Source: an uncultured Pseudomonadales bacterium (lineage in GTDB: Bacteria > Patescibacteriota > Microgenomatia > UBA1400 > PJMF01). From it: a DNA stretch of 64,000 nt. The stretch lies in assembly GCA_964457085.1 (NCBI GenBank), contig CAYWDM010000001.1, positions 242,914-306,913 of the forward strand, read 5' to 3'. Position 1 is the stretch's first letter. Every line of letters starts with the position of its first letter. The notes below the pieces were generated by a model. That model made no database searches, was not told the DNA's origin, and was given only the letters and a program-made list of their open reading frames with translations. The position numbers and the translations under genes are program-made. Below are positions 38,200 to 48,588 of the stretch, piece after piece.

Positions 38200-38674
38200 T
38201 GAGGATTGTATTTTCTGTCAAATTGTAGCTGGCAAAATGCCTTGCCATAAAATTTGGGAAAGTGACTCTCACTTAGCATTTCTCTCGATTTTCCCCAACA
38301 CAGATGGCTTCACCGTAGTCATTCCTAAAACACATCTCGATAGCTATGCTTTTAGTAATTCTGACAAGACACTGAGTGAGTTGGTAATTGCCACCAAGAC
38401 TGTAGCTCTAATTCTCGACAACTACTTCGATGATGTTGCTCGTTGTGGAATGTTTTTTGAAGGATATGGTGTTGACCACCTACACAGCAAACTTTTCCCA
38501 ATGCATGGTACCAAGTCTACTGACGATAGCTGGCAGCCGATTGAAAGTACCACCAACAATACTTTTTATCAAAAATATCCAGGATACTTATCATCTAACA
38601 GTTCTGATAGGGCTGATGACCAAAAATTGGCGGCTCTTGCCGAGAGCATTCGAGAAACGGCAAAAAATCTATGA
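38192..38674 (+). CDS. HIT-family (histidine triad) nucleotide hydrolase/transferase
   Basis: CIFCQI zinc-knuckle-like N-terminus and the HIT motif VDHLHSKLFP. Overlaps the DHH gene by 8 nt. Confidence 0.75.
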   Translation: MANEDCIFCQIVAGKMPCHKIWESDSHLAFLSIFPNTDGFTVVIPKTHLDSYAFSNSDKTLSELVIATKTVALILDNYFDDVARCGMFFEGYGVDHLHSKLFPMHGTKSTDDSWQPIESTTNNTFYQKYPGYLSSNSSDRADDQKLAALAESIRETAKNL

Positions 38675-40122
38675 GTGAACAATTCATAAATATTTCCGAG
38701 AGAGAAATTGCCATAAGTGAACTTTTCAGACAGGCACTCGAACGAGGTGAACTCCCTGAAGAAATCACACCAGAGCTTTTTACTGAAATACTCGACTTCC
38801 CAAATCATTTTCCAGATTTGAGAAATCTCATACAACAACTTGGCAAAGATAGCCGACTCACATACAAAACTGAAGCAAAAGGTAGATATGTGGGGGACAG
38901 CGATGAATCAAGAAATGCCTTTGCAGCAGCGTATGCTGAAGCGAAAAAAAATCAATTGGAATTTGATAAAAGATATGCTGGAGGCAAACCATTTAACACA
39001 CGCTTATGGGTCCTCTGTCAAACAGTTGCTGGAGGTGAACCAACACATACACATAAACTGTATTACTTAATGCTCAAAGCTGGCAGTGCCTGCCAACTTT
39101 CCTATGAACTCACCCCACAGGCAGTTCCATGGACCTCACTAGAACTAACTGATTTACTCCCAGCAGTATTCAAAGGCAGACCAACCACACTCAATCCAAA
39201 CCAAGTCGGTGATTTTTCACTTTTGGCAAGATTCATCTATGATCATCTTGATCAGTTTGATGTAGCAATCATTACTAACTCTGGTAGCGATGAGCGAAAT
39301 GCAGCAAATATTTCTCGAGGCAAAGAAGTAACTATCCAAACCAACTCGCTTCGAAACTTGCTGAAAGCATGGCAGAGTCAACTTGGTGGTATCAGCCCAC
39401 ACAACGTTAACCTTGACCCTGGCAAGCTTGTCGGTAGTGATGGGCATAAAGTCGAGAAGGGGAAACTACATTCATCCAGTATCGAGCTTTTCCCTCGTGC
39501 AGGCACCTCCAGCATCGTCAGAAGATTTGAAGAACTTTTTGTTACACTCGACCTACACGATCTCCAAGCAATCCAAAAAACACTTGGTTTTGTAGCGGAG
39601 CTCGACGAAGATAATCGTCAATTTTTTGCAGCTCATGTGAGAAGGGTCGAGTTAATTCTATTGGGACTCGTGGCAGATACCAAACAAAAAGGCCCAATCA
39701 AAAATTTACTCGATCGAACAACTACGCCAGCAGAGCCTTCTCACGCACATGATGCTTTGCAACTGCTTCAGGAATTTGCAACAACGACACCAGACCAGGG
39801 AAACAAACCAGATTTACATGGAATTGAACAAGTAAATTCTGGAAATTTCACTCCTATAGCTGAACTAGAACAATTATCTTATAGACTCGATAATTGCTCA
39901 AAACGTAGTTTTGGGGTAGCCCAAGCACTGTTGGTGCAGCTATCTGAAGCAAAACTACAGGCGACAGCCGCAACCGTAAATAATCGTTGGACCGAAGCAG
40001 CTGACTACAATGCATTGGTTGAGAATCTTGAAAAGCTCATGCACTGGTGCACCTTGCTGGTCACCAATCCAGTTGCGAGTGATGCACTTGGATTGGATGA
40101 GGCTTGGACTCAATCCGACTAA
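38671..40122 (+). CDS. hypothetical protein (483 aa)
   Basis: Start overlaps the HIT stop (ATGA). No recognisable domain. Confidence 0.55.
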   Translation: MSEQFINISEREIAISELFRQALERGELPEEITPELFTEILDFPNHFPDLRNLIQQLGKDSRLTYKTEAKGRYVGDSDESRNAFAAAYAEAKKNQLEFDKRYAGGKPFNTRLWVLCQTVAGGEPTHTHKLYYLMLKAGSACQLSYELTPQAVPWTSLELTDLLPAVFKGRPTTLNPNQVGDFSLLARFIYDHLDQFDVAIITNSGSDERNAANISRGKEVTIQTNSLRNLLKAWQSQLGGISPHNVNLDPGKLVGSDGHKVEKGKLHSSSIELFPRAGTSSIVRRFEELFVTLDLHDLQAIQKTLGFVAELDEDNRQFFAAHVRRVELILLGLVADTKQKGPIKNLLDRTTTPAEPSHAHDALQLLQEFATTTPDQGNKPDLHGIEQVNSGNFTPIAELEQLSYRLDNCSKRSFGVAQALLVQLSEAKLQATAATVNNRWTEAADYNALVENLEKLMHWCTLLVTNPVASDALGLDEAWTQSD

Positions 40123-40125
40123 ATT

Positions 40126-43100
40126 ATGCACGAAGTGACTGCTCGTCATCGAATTAAGCTAGCCGACCAAGAAAACGGTACTTCTCCATTTGGCACAAGT
40201 AGTGAGACGCGGGCACAAAAAAAAGCAGCTCGTGAGAAACAAGAAAAAATAGCCGATGAGATAGCCACCGACAACTGCCAAACATATCTGTCACAACGTG
40301 ATGGTCACAAACCAACAAATCCAATTTTAGACACCTCAGATTTGAGACTGTTTTACTTTCTTTTTGCTAAAAACCGAATCGGAGTACCCGCACAACTCCC
40401 ATTCCTCGAAAGACGACAGGTTCCCCCTAATTTTGAGCAACCACCTGCATGCTATTTTGTGACAGACGGGTTTGAAGGTGACGAGGCTCAATCACACTAC
40501 AACGTTATTCCCTATCTTCCACACCAATCATATTGGGATCAGGAAAACTTGCCCGAATGGGAACCAGCCACAGATTTAGATGGCTTGGTCTATGAACTAT
40601 TTTCTGGAGGCATCATCAGTCAAGTTGAGTACACAGCATCTCAAATTAGCAAACAGCGTATTGGCAAAGAAGCAATCTTCAAACAACCAAAAAAATATGC
40701 CGGATGGGCAGAGAGCACCACAGTTGCTGGTGTAGACTGGCAAAGAAGTCTCAAACATCAGGAGCGAATCAGTCAAGTAATGACCCGAGGCAGTGTACAT
40801 GCCGATGGACACCGAGTTGTCGGTCAAGGTGAAGATAGATTCTATTTACAATTAGATTATGAACTCGAATCTGAACTTACTACACTTGATGATGAAATCA
40901 AAAACGTACTCATCAGAATTGATGCCTCACAAAATCCAGACAGAATACGAAAAGTTAATGACCCTGAACCAGCTGATTGTGCGACGGAAGCAGAGAGACT
41001 GCTGAATGTCAGTCTCAACATCCTTGACCTGTGTCGCTGGCATATTGACCACCAAACTAATATGCCCAACGTCACTAGTTTGTTAGAACGAGCATATGCA
41101 CAAATCTGCACACTCAACCAACTTGCAAACCATCCGCAACATGCTACACAAACTCAAATAGAATTCTTCTCTGACATTACCAATCTAATCTCTGGATATG
41201 ATTCAAATGAAGCTACCCCCACAGGTGAGCGAATGGTCTTAACTGGTCAAGCTGACTACCTTGATGCATTTTTCATGGTATCAAATAGCTTAACGGTATC
41301 GCTAACACTCAAGAACAACCCCAATCTGCGTGGCAACCGCTATGGATATAAGAGCTATTTTAGCGATGCAGAAAAATCACAGTACAAACCAGAGCAAACA
41401 CTCATATTAATGTCAGTGCTCTACCTTCGTATGCCAACATGGCAAAGAGAAACATACCAGCATGCAATTCGCCATGCATTCACAACCATACTGCAAATTT
41501 TACCTGACACAGACGAAGCCAGTTTACTTGACAACTCGCATCTAGCAATACCTTTTGTTGGATCAAAAAAAGCTGTTGCCTTTGAAGACGTTGATGATCG
41601 TACCATGGCTAAGCTGGGCGGCAACTTGCATGTCATATTAGCTGATGTTTTGGCACACCCTGAAGATATTCCTCACTACGATCATATGCGTTTGAAAACA
41701 GATGGTCGTCTCGAAGCAATTGTTAAACCTGGAGACTCTGCTATTGGTTTTGGTAGTGGTGACGTTTTTGTTGATGAAGAAGGTTTTGTTCAGACTGTGC
41801 ATGCTGACAAAAAACAAAAAACAACACTTAAAGAATTTCTCGCCACAGTGGCAAATGAAGGCAGCTCGGTGCTAGAAAGAATTGCACAGGTACCCGGGAT
41901 GCTTGCGGAGAGCAGGCTGGGCAGAGCTATGGCCGACAAAATCGAGGAGATGCTACAACGAAGTTTAGATGTTGGTAGTGTGGCAGCAGTCGGTGCGGTC
42001 GCTGGCCTAATGGAAAAACTATTAGGCAAAAAACTAGACGCCGCTGATACTAATTTTATTAATTTAATTCAGCAGTTGGGATTAATAAATGCAGAAATAG
42101 TGCAAAGCTGGGAAGCGAATGAGGACGAATTGCGAGAAATGCTTTTGAGATGCAAAAAGGGTGACACTTCAATAACAAACCTCGATGAAATTGGTTTGCT
42201 TATTACATTATTTGCTACTACAGGTGAAGTCCCTCGTTCGTTGTTGGTTGAACAGGCTTCTAAGGGATACGAGAACTTGGCAACGATTACCACAATCCAA
42301 ACTATTATCGCCCTACATGACCTAGATACTAAGAAAGGTTGGAAACTTTTTGGAAAAAAAGAGAAATCAGTTAATAAAGTATTGGCCGCCAAAACTGATC
42401 TTGCTCGCTACCTTCAGGAGAAACGCCAAGAACAAGGTGAGGCTTATGATCCGCAAACTGACCCTGCTTTTCGTGACAAAGCCGAATTAGCAATTGCCAG
42501 CGTTACCAAATTACTTCACCACAACCGTTCTTATGAGAAATCAATGTCTTCACCACTTGCTGCACTAACTGAACTCCAAAAAAGTGGCCGATTGCTCGCT
42601 CGCTGTTCAGTTGATGGTCAGATGCTGACCGCAATTTTGAAATTCATCTCCCCAGACATCATTGTCTACATGGCTTCGACTTATGGAGAAGAGGCTTTAC
42701 TATCTCATGAAGAGTGGCTGACACACCACTTGCCAACTGCGGAAGAATCAGGAAATCACAGTCATAACTTTAGTCAAAGTGATTGGCAGAGTGAAACAGA
42801 GCATCCCGATATCTTTGTTGCAGACGCTACCGGAGGATTTACGTATTCAGTCTCCGGTGCAGATTGTCAGATAGATACAGTTAGATCGGCGGTAATGGAA
42901 AGGGGTAGAGCTAGCACTCAAGGCGTCGCTCAACGAAACTTGAAACAATCAGTGATTGCTCATTGTATAGATTCAGGCTCAACACTCATTTCATCTTTTG
43001 CGAGTGATGCGGGACAACTTGAGTATGCTCTTGAAGCTGATCCTGATAATCCGGTCACACTACTTTGGAGAATTGCCGACACCACTAGCGATCTCTCAGC

Positions 43101-44139
43101 TCGTTTGGACGCACTCGATAAATTGTTAATTCTTGAACCACATTCCCTTGCCATGACAACCACTGGTGACTATCAACTTGCGGGCACCATCAGCAGACTT
43201 GATGAAGTTATTAATCTGGGCTTACGGCATCATCGATTGGGGGCTGCGATGTTTGCAAGTCAAATATTACGAACTGCACATTTTATCCCCCAAGCAGTCA
43301 GAGAGATGGGTAACACTGCATATAGATTGGTCGTACGCAGTTTTGCTCACCTACCGCAAGCAGAATTTGAGGAAGCAATAACACAAGCCAGTCCGCTACT
43401 TATCCCTACTGATGTAGAGACAATTACTCAAGAGAGAACTATTTGGTTGACAGAATTGACTCAACAATTAGCCGCAAACACTAAATCAACGGCACAAAAG
43501 CTACAACTTGAAGCCACAATTAGAGCTGGGGCAGCGGTAGAATTAGAAAACAGCCAACATCAAAACAAAGCAGCATTAGCCGAGATCACAACCACGATTT
43601 CGCAAATAGAAGCAGAAAACAAAGCCTCTAACCCAACCGCAGGGCATCTATCGGTTGATCAGCTGCATGCAGAAATCCGGCAACGATCAAACACACTAAG
43701 TGCACTTAATAGTGATGGCAATTCTGGTGGTGCACTGGGGAATCATTTTGAATCACTCACCGCAGAAAACTCTCAAGGTGCATTACTAGCACTAATTACC
43801 AGAGCTGATGGAAACAGACTAACAGGAGAAGCACTCACCAAACAACTGCAAAATATCACTCTCGGCATCACCAAGGCAGCACTTGAACTCGGTTACACAA
43901 AACTGAGACGACAGCTCGGTGAACGGCTTTCAGCCAGTCTAGAAACTGAAAAAGGTCAACAGATGCTACTCACATCCTCAGAGCCATATGCAGTAGCTTT
44001 ATGTGCAGGTTTTGCAAAAACTGCCGAGACACTACAAATACCCTTGGAAGCATACTCTTTCCCTGAGGCAGTTGAGCAACTATCACAAATGAAAAACTCC
44101 CAACTCGCAGCTAATATTCAACCGTTATTAACGGGGTGA
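40126..44139 (+). CDS. giant hypothetical protein (1337 aa)
   Basis: Uninterrupted 4-kb ORF starting 4 nt after the upstream gene. No signal peptide, TM segment or known motif seen. Confidence 0.6.
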   Translation: MHEVTARHRIKLADQENGTSPFGTSSETRAQKKAAREKQEKIADEIATDNCQTYLSQRDGHKPTNPILDTSDLRLFYFLFAKNRIGVPAQLPFLERRQVPPNFEQPPACYFVTDGFEGDEAQSHYNVIPYLPHQSYWDQENLPEWEPATDLDGLVYELFSGGIISQVEYTASQISKQRIGKEAIFKQPKKYAGWAESTTVAGVDWQRSLKHQERISQVMTRGSVHADGHRVVGQGEDRFYLQLDYELESELTTLDDEIKNVLIRIDASQNPDRIRKVNDPEPADCATEAERLLNVSLNILDLCRWHIDHQTNMPNVTSLLERAYAQICTLNQLANHPQHATQTQIEFFSDITNLISGYDSNEATPTGERMVLTGQADYLDAFFMVSNSLTVSLTLKNNPNLRGNRYGYKSYFSDAEKSQYKPEQTLILMSVLYLRMPTWQRETYQHAIRHAFTTILQILPDTDEASLLDNSHLAIPFVGSKKAVAFEDVDDRTMAKLGGNLHVILADVLAHPEDIPHYDHMRLKTDGRLEAIVKPGDSAIGFGSGDVFVDEEGFVQTVHADKKQKTTLKEFLATVANEGSSVLERIAQVPGMLAESRLGRAMADKIEEMLQRSLDVGSVAAVGAVAGLMEKLLGKKLDAADTNFINLIQQLGLINAEIVQSWEANEDELREMLLRCKKGDTSITNLDEIGLLITLFATTGEVPRSLLVEQASKGYENLATITTIQTIIALHDLDTKKGWKLFGKKEKSVNKVLAAKTDLARYLQEKRQEQGEAYDPQTDPAFRDKAELAIASVTKLLHHNRSYEKSMSSPLAALTELQKSGRLLARCSVDGQMLTAILKFISPDIIVYMASTYGEEALLSHEEWLTHHLPTAEESGNHSHNFSQSDWQSETEHPDIFVADATGGFTYSVSGADCQIDTVRSAVMERGRASTQGVAQRNLKQSVIAHCIDSGSTLISSFASDAGQLEYALEADPDNPVTLLWRIADTTSDLSARLDALDKLLILEPHSLAMTTTGDYQLAGTISRLDEVINLGLRHHRLGAAMFASQILRTAHFIPQAVREMGNTAYRLVVRSFAHLPQAEFEEAITQASPLLIPTDVETITQERTIWLTELTQQLAANTKSTAQKLQLEATIRAGAAVELENSQHQNKAALAEITTTISQIEAENKASNPTAGHLSVDQLHAEIRQRSNTLSALNSDGNSGGALGNHFESLTAENSQGALLALITRADGNRLTGEALTKQLQNITLGITKAALELGYTKLRRQLGERLSASLETEKGQQMLLTSSEPYAVALCAGFAKTAETLQIPLEAYSFPEAVEQLSQMKNSQLAANIQPLLTG

Positions 44140-44215
44140 TGCTGGCCTGGTGGTCATAAAAATCTAACTACTTACTTGCTGAGTACTCTACAATCTGAAA
44201 CTGATTTTTTCCTGA

Positions 44216-44260
44216 TATAATAGCAACTTGTTATCCAAGTAACCCTAAGAAGGGAGGTGA
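44216..44260 (+). promoter_or_regulatory. candidate -10 element (TATAAT) and strong SD (AGGGAGGTGA) for rpsU
   Basis: TATAAT at 44216-44221. SD at 44251-44260, 6 nt before the TTG start at 44267. Confidence 0.4.
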
Positions 44261-44266
44261 GTTCTC

Positions 44267-44518
44267 TTGCCAATAATCGTAAAAGCCAAAAAAAGCGAAT
44301 CAACTAACGATTTGATCCGCAAATTTAAAAAGCTTGCTGCAACCGCAGATATCGTGCAGATCGTCAAAGATCGCCGCTACTTCCAAAAGCCTTCAAAAGT
44401 TAAGTCTCAAAAGACTGCTGAGATGGGTCGACTGGAAAAGAGAGCTCGGTCACTGAAGAAAATGAAAAACATTTCTCCTCAGGTTCTGGCCAAGATCAAC
44501 CAACGCTTGGGAAACTAA
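44267..44518 (+). CDS. rpsU: 30S ribosomal protein bS21 (TTG start)
   Basis: MPIIVKAKKSESTNDLIRKFKK...KPSKVKSQK matches bS21. TTG start with a canonical SD. A strong terminator follows. Confidence 0.8.
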   Translation: MPIIVKAKKSESTNDLIRKFKKLAATADIVQIVKDRRYFQKPSKVKSQKTAEMGRLEKRARSLKKMKNISPQVLAKINQRLGN

Positions 44519-44535
44519 TTCACTAGCGAAACGTA

Positions 44536-44563
44536 AAAACCCCGCCAACTGGCGGGGTTTTTG
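44536..44563 (+). terminator. rho-independent terminator
   Basis: CCCCGCC-AACT-GGCGGGG followed by TTTTTGG. Confidence 0.8.
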
Positions 44564-44591
44564 GTAAACAATCACAGAAATCACAAAAAAA

Positions 44592-45230
44592 TTAGACCAA
44601 TGGTCCAGATTCAGTGAATCCACTAGTAATCACTTTTTTTGATACATAGTTTTTCCAATACAAAAAACTAAGTAAAAATACTAAAAGCAAAATCAAGCCT
44701 ACGCCTCCAAACACTTGCATGGATGACAAGCCAAATAATTGACCTGGCTCAACCAGAGCCGATTCTGTAGTAGTTTTTTCAAAAATTTGATCAGTAGCTG
44801 TGCTATTAGCACGATTATTCTCTAGAGTCGATTGCTCTGTTCTCATACTAATAAATGAAAGAATCCTGTCATGAGTCGTTTTCACAACCATCTGTATAGA
44901 ATTGTCTATTTCATCAAAAATAAAAAGTTGATTTGATTCTAAAAAATAATTCCTAGTTTCATATTCATAATCAGTAATCGAATGATCGGGCTGCCCCATT
45001 TGGCTATATTGATCCCTATATCTTTGACGATCACTTTTTGGAATATATAGTGAAATATCTAAAATAATATTGTTAGTATCTGAAACAATGCTGTGTGGAT
45101 ATGAATAATCATCCGAGTCGAAATAGTAAATTTTCTCACCCTGTTTATCTAGTATCTCAGAAGCTTGCGAGATAACAGACTGTTCTAGCTTGGAACCAAC
45201 TTGCATTTTTTCTAATTCAAAAAAAGTCAT
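44592..45230 (-). CDS. hypothetical protein with a C-terminal TM anchor
   Basis: 212 aa. C-terminal VFGGVGLILLLVFLLSFLYW helix. Last gene of the three-gene minus-strand operon. Confidence 0.5.
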   Translation of the reverse strand: MTFFELEKMQVGSKLEQSVISQASEILDKQGEKIYYFDSDDYSYPHSIVSDTNNIILDISLYIPKSDRQRYRDQYSQMGQPDHSITDYEYETRNYFLESNQLFIFDEIDNSIQMVVKTTHDRILSFISMRTEQSTLENNRANSTATDQIFEKTTTESALVEPGQLFGLSSMQVFGGVGLILLLVFLLSFLYWKNYVSKKVITSGFTESGPLV

Positions 45231-45242
45231 AGTTATCCTAAT

Positions 45243-47309
45243 TTATGGATTGGGACACTGATTTTGGCCATTGTAAGGTGAATCCGGGTGTTTTTCAAAC
45301 CATTCAAACTGACGTGGTGATTTTCTACGCACCTCACACGGATCTTTTAAATATAATTCTACTGTAGTAGAAAACGCCTCCGCACAGTTTATTCTGCCAT
45401 AATCAACAGGCGGGTACTCCGAAAATCTGTAAGTTGGGGCTTGGCTTTCAGTACTTTTTCGGCATCCATTTGTTTGAGAATATGACGGAACATTAAAACT
45501 CTGATATTTTTCATATGCCCAACGGTGAGCCATCTCGTGAATAATGGTATTTGTACATTTACTCGTATCATCTATGCCAGTGGCACCACAATTCACATGA
45601 ACATCAACTAAACCTACATCAGCAATGTCCACCCAACCACCCCAAGTTGGATGATCTGGGTGTGCTCCACATTGAATTTTTATTTCATCGAAATCAGAAA
45701 GTAATTTTTCAATTTTTGATAAACCAATTGCAACACCAGCAACAACATCCGCTTCACAATCCCCCGAAACTCGAATTGGTTTGTTATCCGCTTGTATCTG
45801 CCAATGTCCATTTTGGCATTGATAATAATAGTCATTTTGACCTTCACAAACTCTGCTCCCATAACAAGTTCCAGCAAAGCTACAAGATTCTACAGGACCG
45901 GCGACACAAGCTTTTCCAATACAAGTAAAGCCACTGCCACAACTTTGATGCTGCCATGCTTTTCCACCGATGCATGTTGCCAATCCCAATCCATCACATT
46001 TCACTTCATTTGCAACACAGAAGTTTGTAGCACACATACCATTATTACAGCCACCATCACAGCGTTCAGATTTCACTAAGAAACCATTTGAATTGCATGA
46101 ATATACGTAGCTAGCATTCCCTTCACTTCCACAGCTATCAGTTCCTGGCCAACATTTTGTACCTGTAATGGGTCCACAAAAATTTCCATATGGTGTTGGC
46201 ACACAATTACCAGCGATACAGTCAGAATTTAAACTACATCGTGAACCATCTGGTGACTTTCCAATGGTTGGTGTAGGAGCTCGGGTAGGGGTGCGAGATG
46301 CTGTTGGCACCGGAACGCAGGCACCATTCTTACATGAACCAGACCAACAAGAACTTTTAACCCAAGCGGTTCCGGTACTATTACATGCTTTCACAGCTGT
46401 GCCATCGCATTCAGTTTTGCCAGGTGTGCAGACACCAGTATTGCAAAAGCCACTGGGACTGCAACCACCATCACATCTTGCAGATTTCACAAAAAAACCA
46501 TTTGAGTTACAGGAGTACTCATAACCTCCCTCGCATTTTGCTTGACTTGCAGTGCATTTAGTACCTGAGATTGGTCCACAGTAATTACCATATGGTGTGG
46601 GAACACAATTTCCTGCCTGACACTGTGCATTGGTACTGCAACGCGAGCCATCTGGCAACAGTGCTAAACTTGGACTCGGACTAACACGTAATGTTGGAGT
46701 GGGTGCGTGAGTAGTGGTTGGCAGTGGAATTGGGGTAGCGGTAGGTGCTTTTGTTGGTTCTGCAGCAAAACAGGTACTGTTTTTGTCGCAATTCCAGCGA
46801 TCCGCAGCAACCCAGTGGCCATCGCTGCATTTCAAACAATCAGTATATGAGTTACAAGCTGTTCCACCCTCATTAAATATATTCTTGCCATCACTACAAG
46901 TTTTTGGCTGAGGCTTTGCACAAATGAGTGTTCCACAGTCACTATTAGGCAAAATATGCTTTTCGCCATTTACGCACATCACGCAGTTACCCCATGTGGC
47001 TTCTGAGTCAAGACATACTGGCTTGGTGTTTCCACCAGAACCACTGTAATCACACTTGGAATATACATTAACACTGCCAAACCCAGCTGCTTGTTGACGC
47101 AAATCTTGACTAGTTTGCGCTAACATGAATGCCGCCACACCTCCAACCATCAGCAAAGTGATTAAAACTGCACCCATCACTCCCTTGATGCCGAGTTTGA
47201 AAAAATGTTTTTTTAGGGAACTATAAAAATTTAGTTTTGCCGACAAAACTGGCTTTTGCAAGTCAAATTCAGACAACCCATCATTATTTACTGGCAACTG
47301 ATCCTGCAT
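45243..47309 (-). CDS. membrane-anchored Cys-rich tandem-repeat protein with a C-terminal HExxH (zincin-like) domain
   Basis: N-terminal TM (GVMGAVLITLLMVGGVAAF). Two roughly 134-aa Cys-rich repeats (DGSRCS.N..C.AGNCVPTPYGN.CGPI.GTKC). Pro/Thr linkers. C-terminal TIIHEMAHRW. ATG 47309 is preferred over the TTG at 47336. Confidence 0.6.
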   Translation of the reverse strand: MQDQLPVNNDGLSEFDLQKPVLSAKLNFYSSLKKHFFKLGIKGVMGAVLITLLMVGGVAAFMLAQTSQDLRQQAAGFGSVNVYSKCDYSGSGGNTKPVCLDSEATWGNCVMCVNGEKHILPNSDCGTLICAKPQPKTCSDGKNIFNEGGTACNSYTDCLKCSDGHWVAADRWNCDKNSTCFAAEPTKAPTATPIPLPTTTHAPTPTLRVSPSPSLALLPDGSRCSTNAQCQAGNCVPTPYGNYCGPISGTKCTASQAKCEGGYEYSCNSNGFFVKSARCDGGCSPSGFCNTGVCTPGKTECDGTAVKACNSTGTAWVKSSCWSGSCKNGACVPVPTASRTPTRAPTPTIGKSPDGSRCSLNSDCIAGNCVPTPYGNFCGPITGTKCWPGTDSCGSEGNASYVYSCNSNGFLVKSERCDGGCNNGMCATNFCVANEVKCDGLGLATCIGGKAWQHQSCGSGFTCIGKACVAGPVESCSFAGTCYGSRVCEGQNDYYYQCQNGHWQIQADNKPIRVSGDCEADVVAGVAIGLSKIEKLLSDFDEIKIQCGAHPDHPTWGGWVDIADVGLVDVHVNCGATGIDDTSKCTNTIIHEMAHRWAYEKYQSFNVPSYSQTNGCRKSTESQAPTYRFSEYPPVDYGRINCAEAFSTTVELYLKDPCEVRRKSPRQFEWFEKHPDSPYNGQNQCPNP
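46017..46253. repeat. intragenic tandem repeat unit 2 (period about 402 bp)
   Basis: Encodes the second Cys-rich module. DNA is similar to 46437-46655. Confidence 0.6.
46437..46655. repeat. intragenic tandem repeat unit 1
   Basis: Encodes the first Cys-rich module. Confidence 0.6.
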
Positions 47310-47368
47310 AAGCTCAAACAGTATGGCACAGCACAATCGCTTATCACAATTAGTGTGTAAGAAAAATA

Positions 47369-47983
47369 CTATTTCTTTCTCGACTTGATTTTCGCTCTGA
47401 TATTAAAATCCCATTGATCACCGTCACTGGTGTCAAAACTAGTGGAATTAGTGATTTGGTGGTAATTCACCAAGTGGTTGCTGAGCGTCTCTTCAATTTC
47501 TTTTTTCTGATCATTTAACTCACCAATCTGCACTTTTAGTGAAGTAACTTGGGGGTCAGTCTGCAGCTGACTGCGACGAACCTTAACCTCCTCTGAAATT
47601 GCCTCAACCTTTGCCTCGGCTTCTCCCAGTTGAGCATCGTTGTCATATACGTTTCGAAGCGATTCACGTTTTTCACCCATCTCTTCACTTACCCGACGAA
47701 GCTCATTGGCGTAACGTTCGATTAAATTCTGCAGTGAACCCAATGTTTCAGCTAATTCGTTTGATTTGGCAACTTCATCATCTTCAGCAGCAGAAACAGA
47801 CAAAGTTTTTGATGTTTTTGGACTTAAATCAGTTTTTGTTTCTCCCATTAATTCCGCAGCCAAGTCGTCTGGTGATGATAGCTGTTCCAATTGTGAAGTC
47901 TCTAATGCTGCCACATCTGGTTTTGCTGGTAATGCGGTTGGATCTGTTGCTACAGGTAACGCGGTTTTATTGTCGGACATCAT
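47369..47983 (-). CDS. coiled-coil hypothetical protein
   Basis: 204 aa, Glu/Lys/Leu-rich with a heptad-like pattern. First gene of the three-gene operon. Confidence 0.5.
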   Translation of the reverse strand: MMSDNKTALPVATDPTALPAKPDVAALETSQLEQLSSPDDLAAELMGETKTDLSPKTSKTLSVSAAEDDEVAKSNELAETLGSLQNLIERYANELRRVSEEMGEKRESLRNVYDNDAQLGEAEAKVEAISEEVKVRRSQLQTDPQVTSLKVQIGELNDQKKEIEETLSNHLVNYHQITNSTSFDTSDGDQWDFNIRAKIKSRKK

Positions 47984-48135
47984 TGCCTTTCTAATTGCAA
48001 GATATCTGGAATTACGTATATATCATCCATAACGTATTGAAAAAAGTGTGTTCAATTTTAGTCAACACCATTCCAGATTTATAACAAATCTCACTCTAAC
48101 GTAATTTGTCTCATCAGGCAAGCGGGCTTATACTA

Positions 48136-48548
48136 CAACTGCGCAGCCGGATCATGGCCGTTGGCATTCATTGAGTGCTAATGGAGGAAAGTCCGGACAG
48201 CTGATACAGGGTGCCTGTCGATGAGGCAGGGGATTGGGCAACCAATCACAGTGAGAGCAACAGTGACGAACCGGGTGACGCCGGGTGAAACGGCCAAGTG
48301 TCTGGGCGTATATTATTGATTTCGATCAGTAATCCTCGGCAATCCTCCCCGCTGCAACGAGCGAATTTGACCTAATTGGATGTACTCCCTATTGGTTGAG
48401 GCAACTCAACCGAGGTCATAATGACTCGGCATAGATAGATCATGATCTAGGAACTTGTCTAAAAAGCCACATGTCAGCTACCAAAAGCGAAGTGAGACTT
48501 TTCAAACAAGTTCCAAGACAGAATCCGGCTTATAGGTTGCGCGACTAG
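48136..48548 (+). ncRNA. rnpB: RNase P RNA, bacterial type A (boundaries approximate)
   Basis: Universally conserved GGAGGAAAGTCCGGAC (P4 5' strand) at 48183-48198. 3' region ACAGAATCCGGCTTATAGG (P4 3' strand) at 48519-48537. A P1 candidate CTGCGCAGCC/GGTTGCGCG closes the ends. Confidence 0.7.
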
Positions 48549-48588
48549 CAAAAAAACATAACGCAAGGCTTCATCGCCTTGCGTTATA

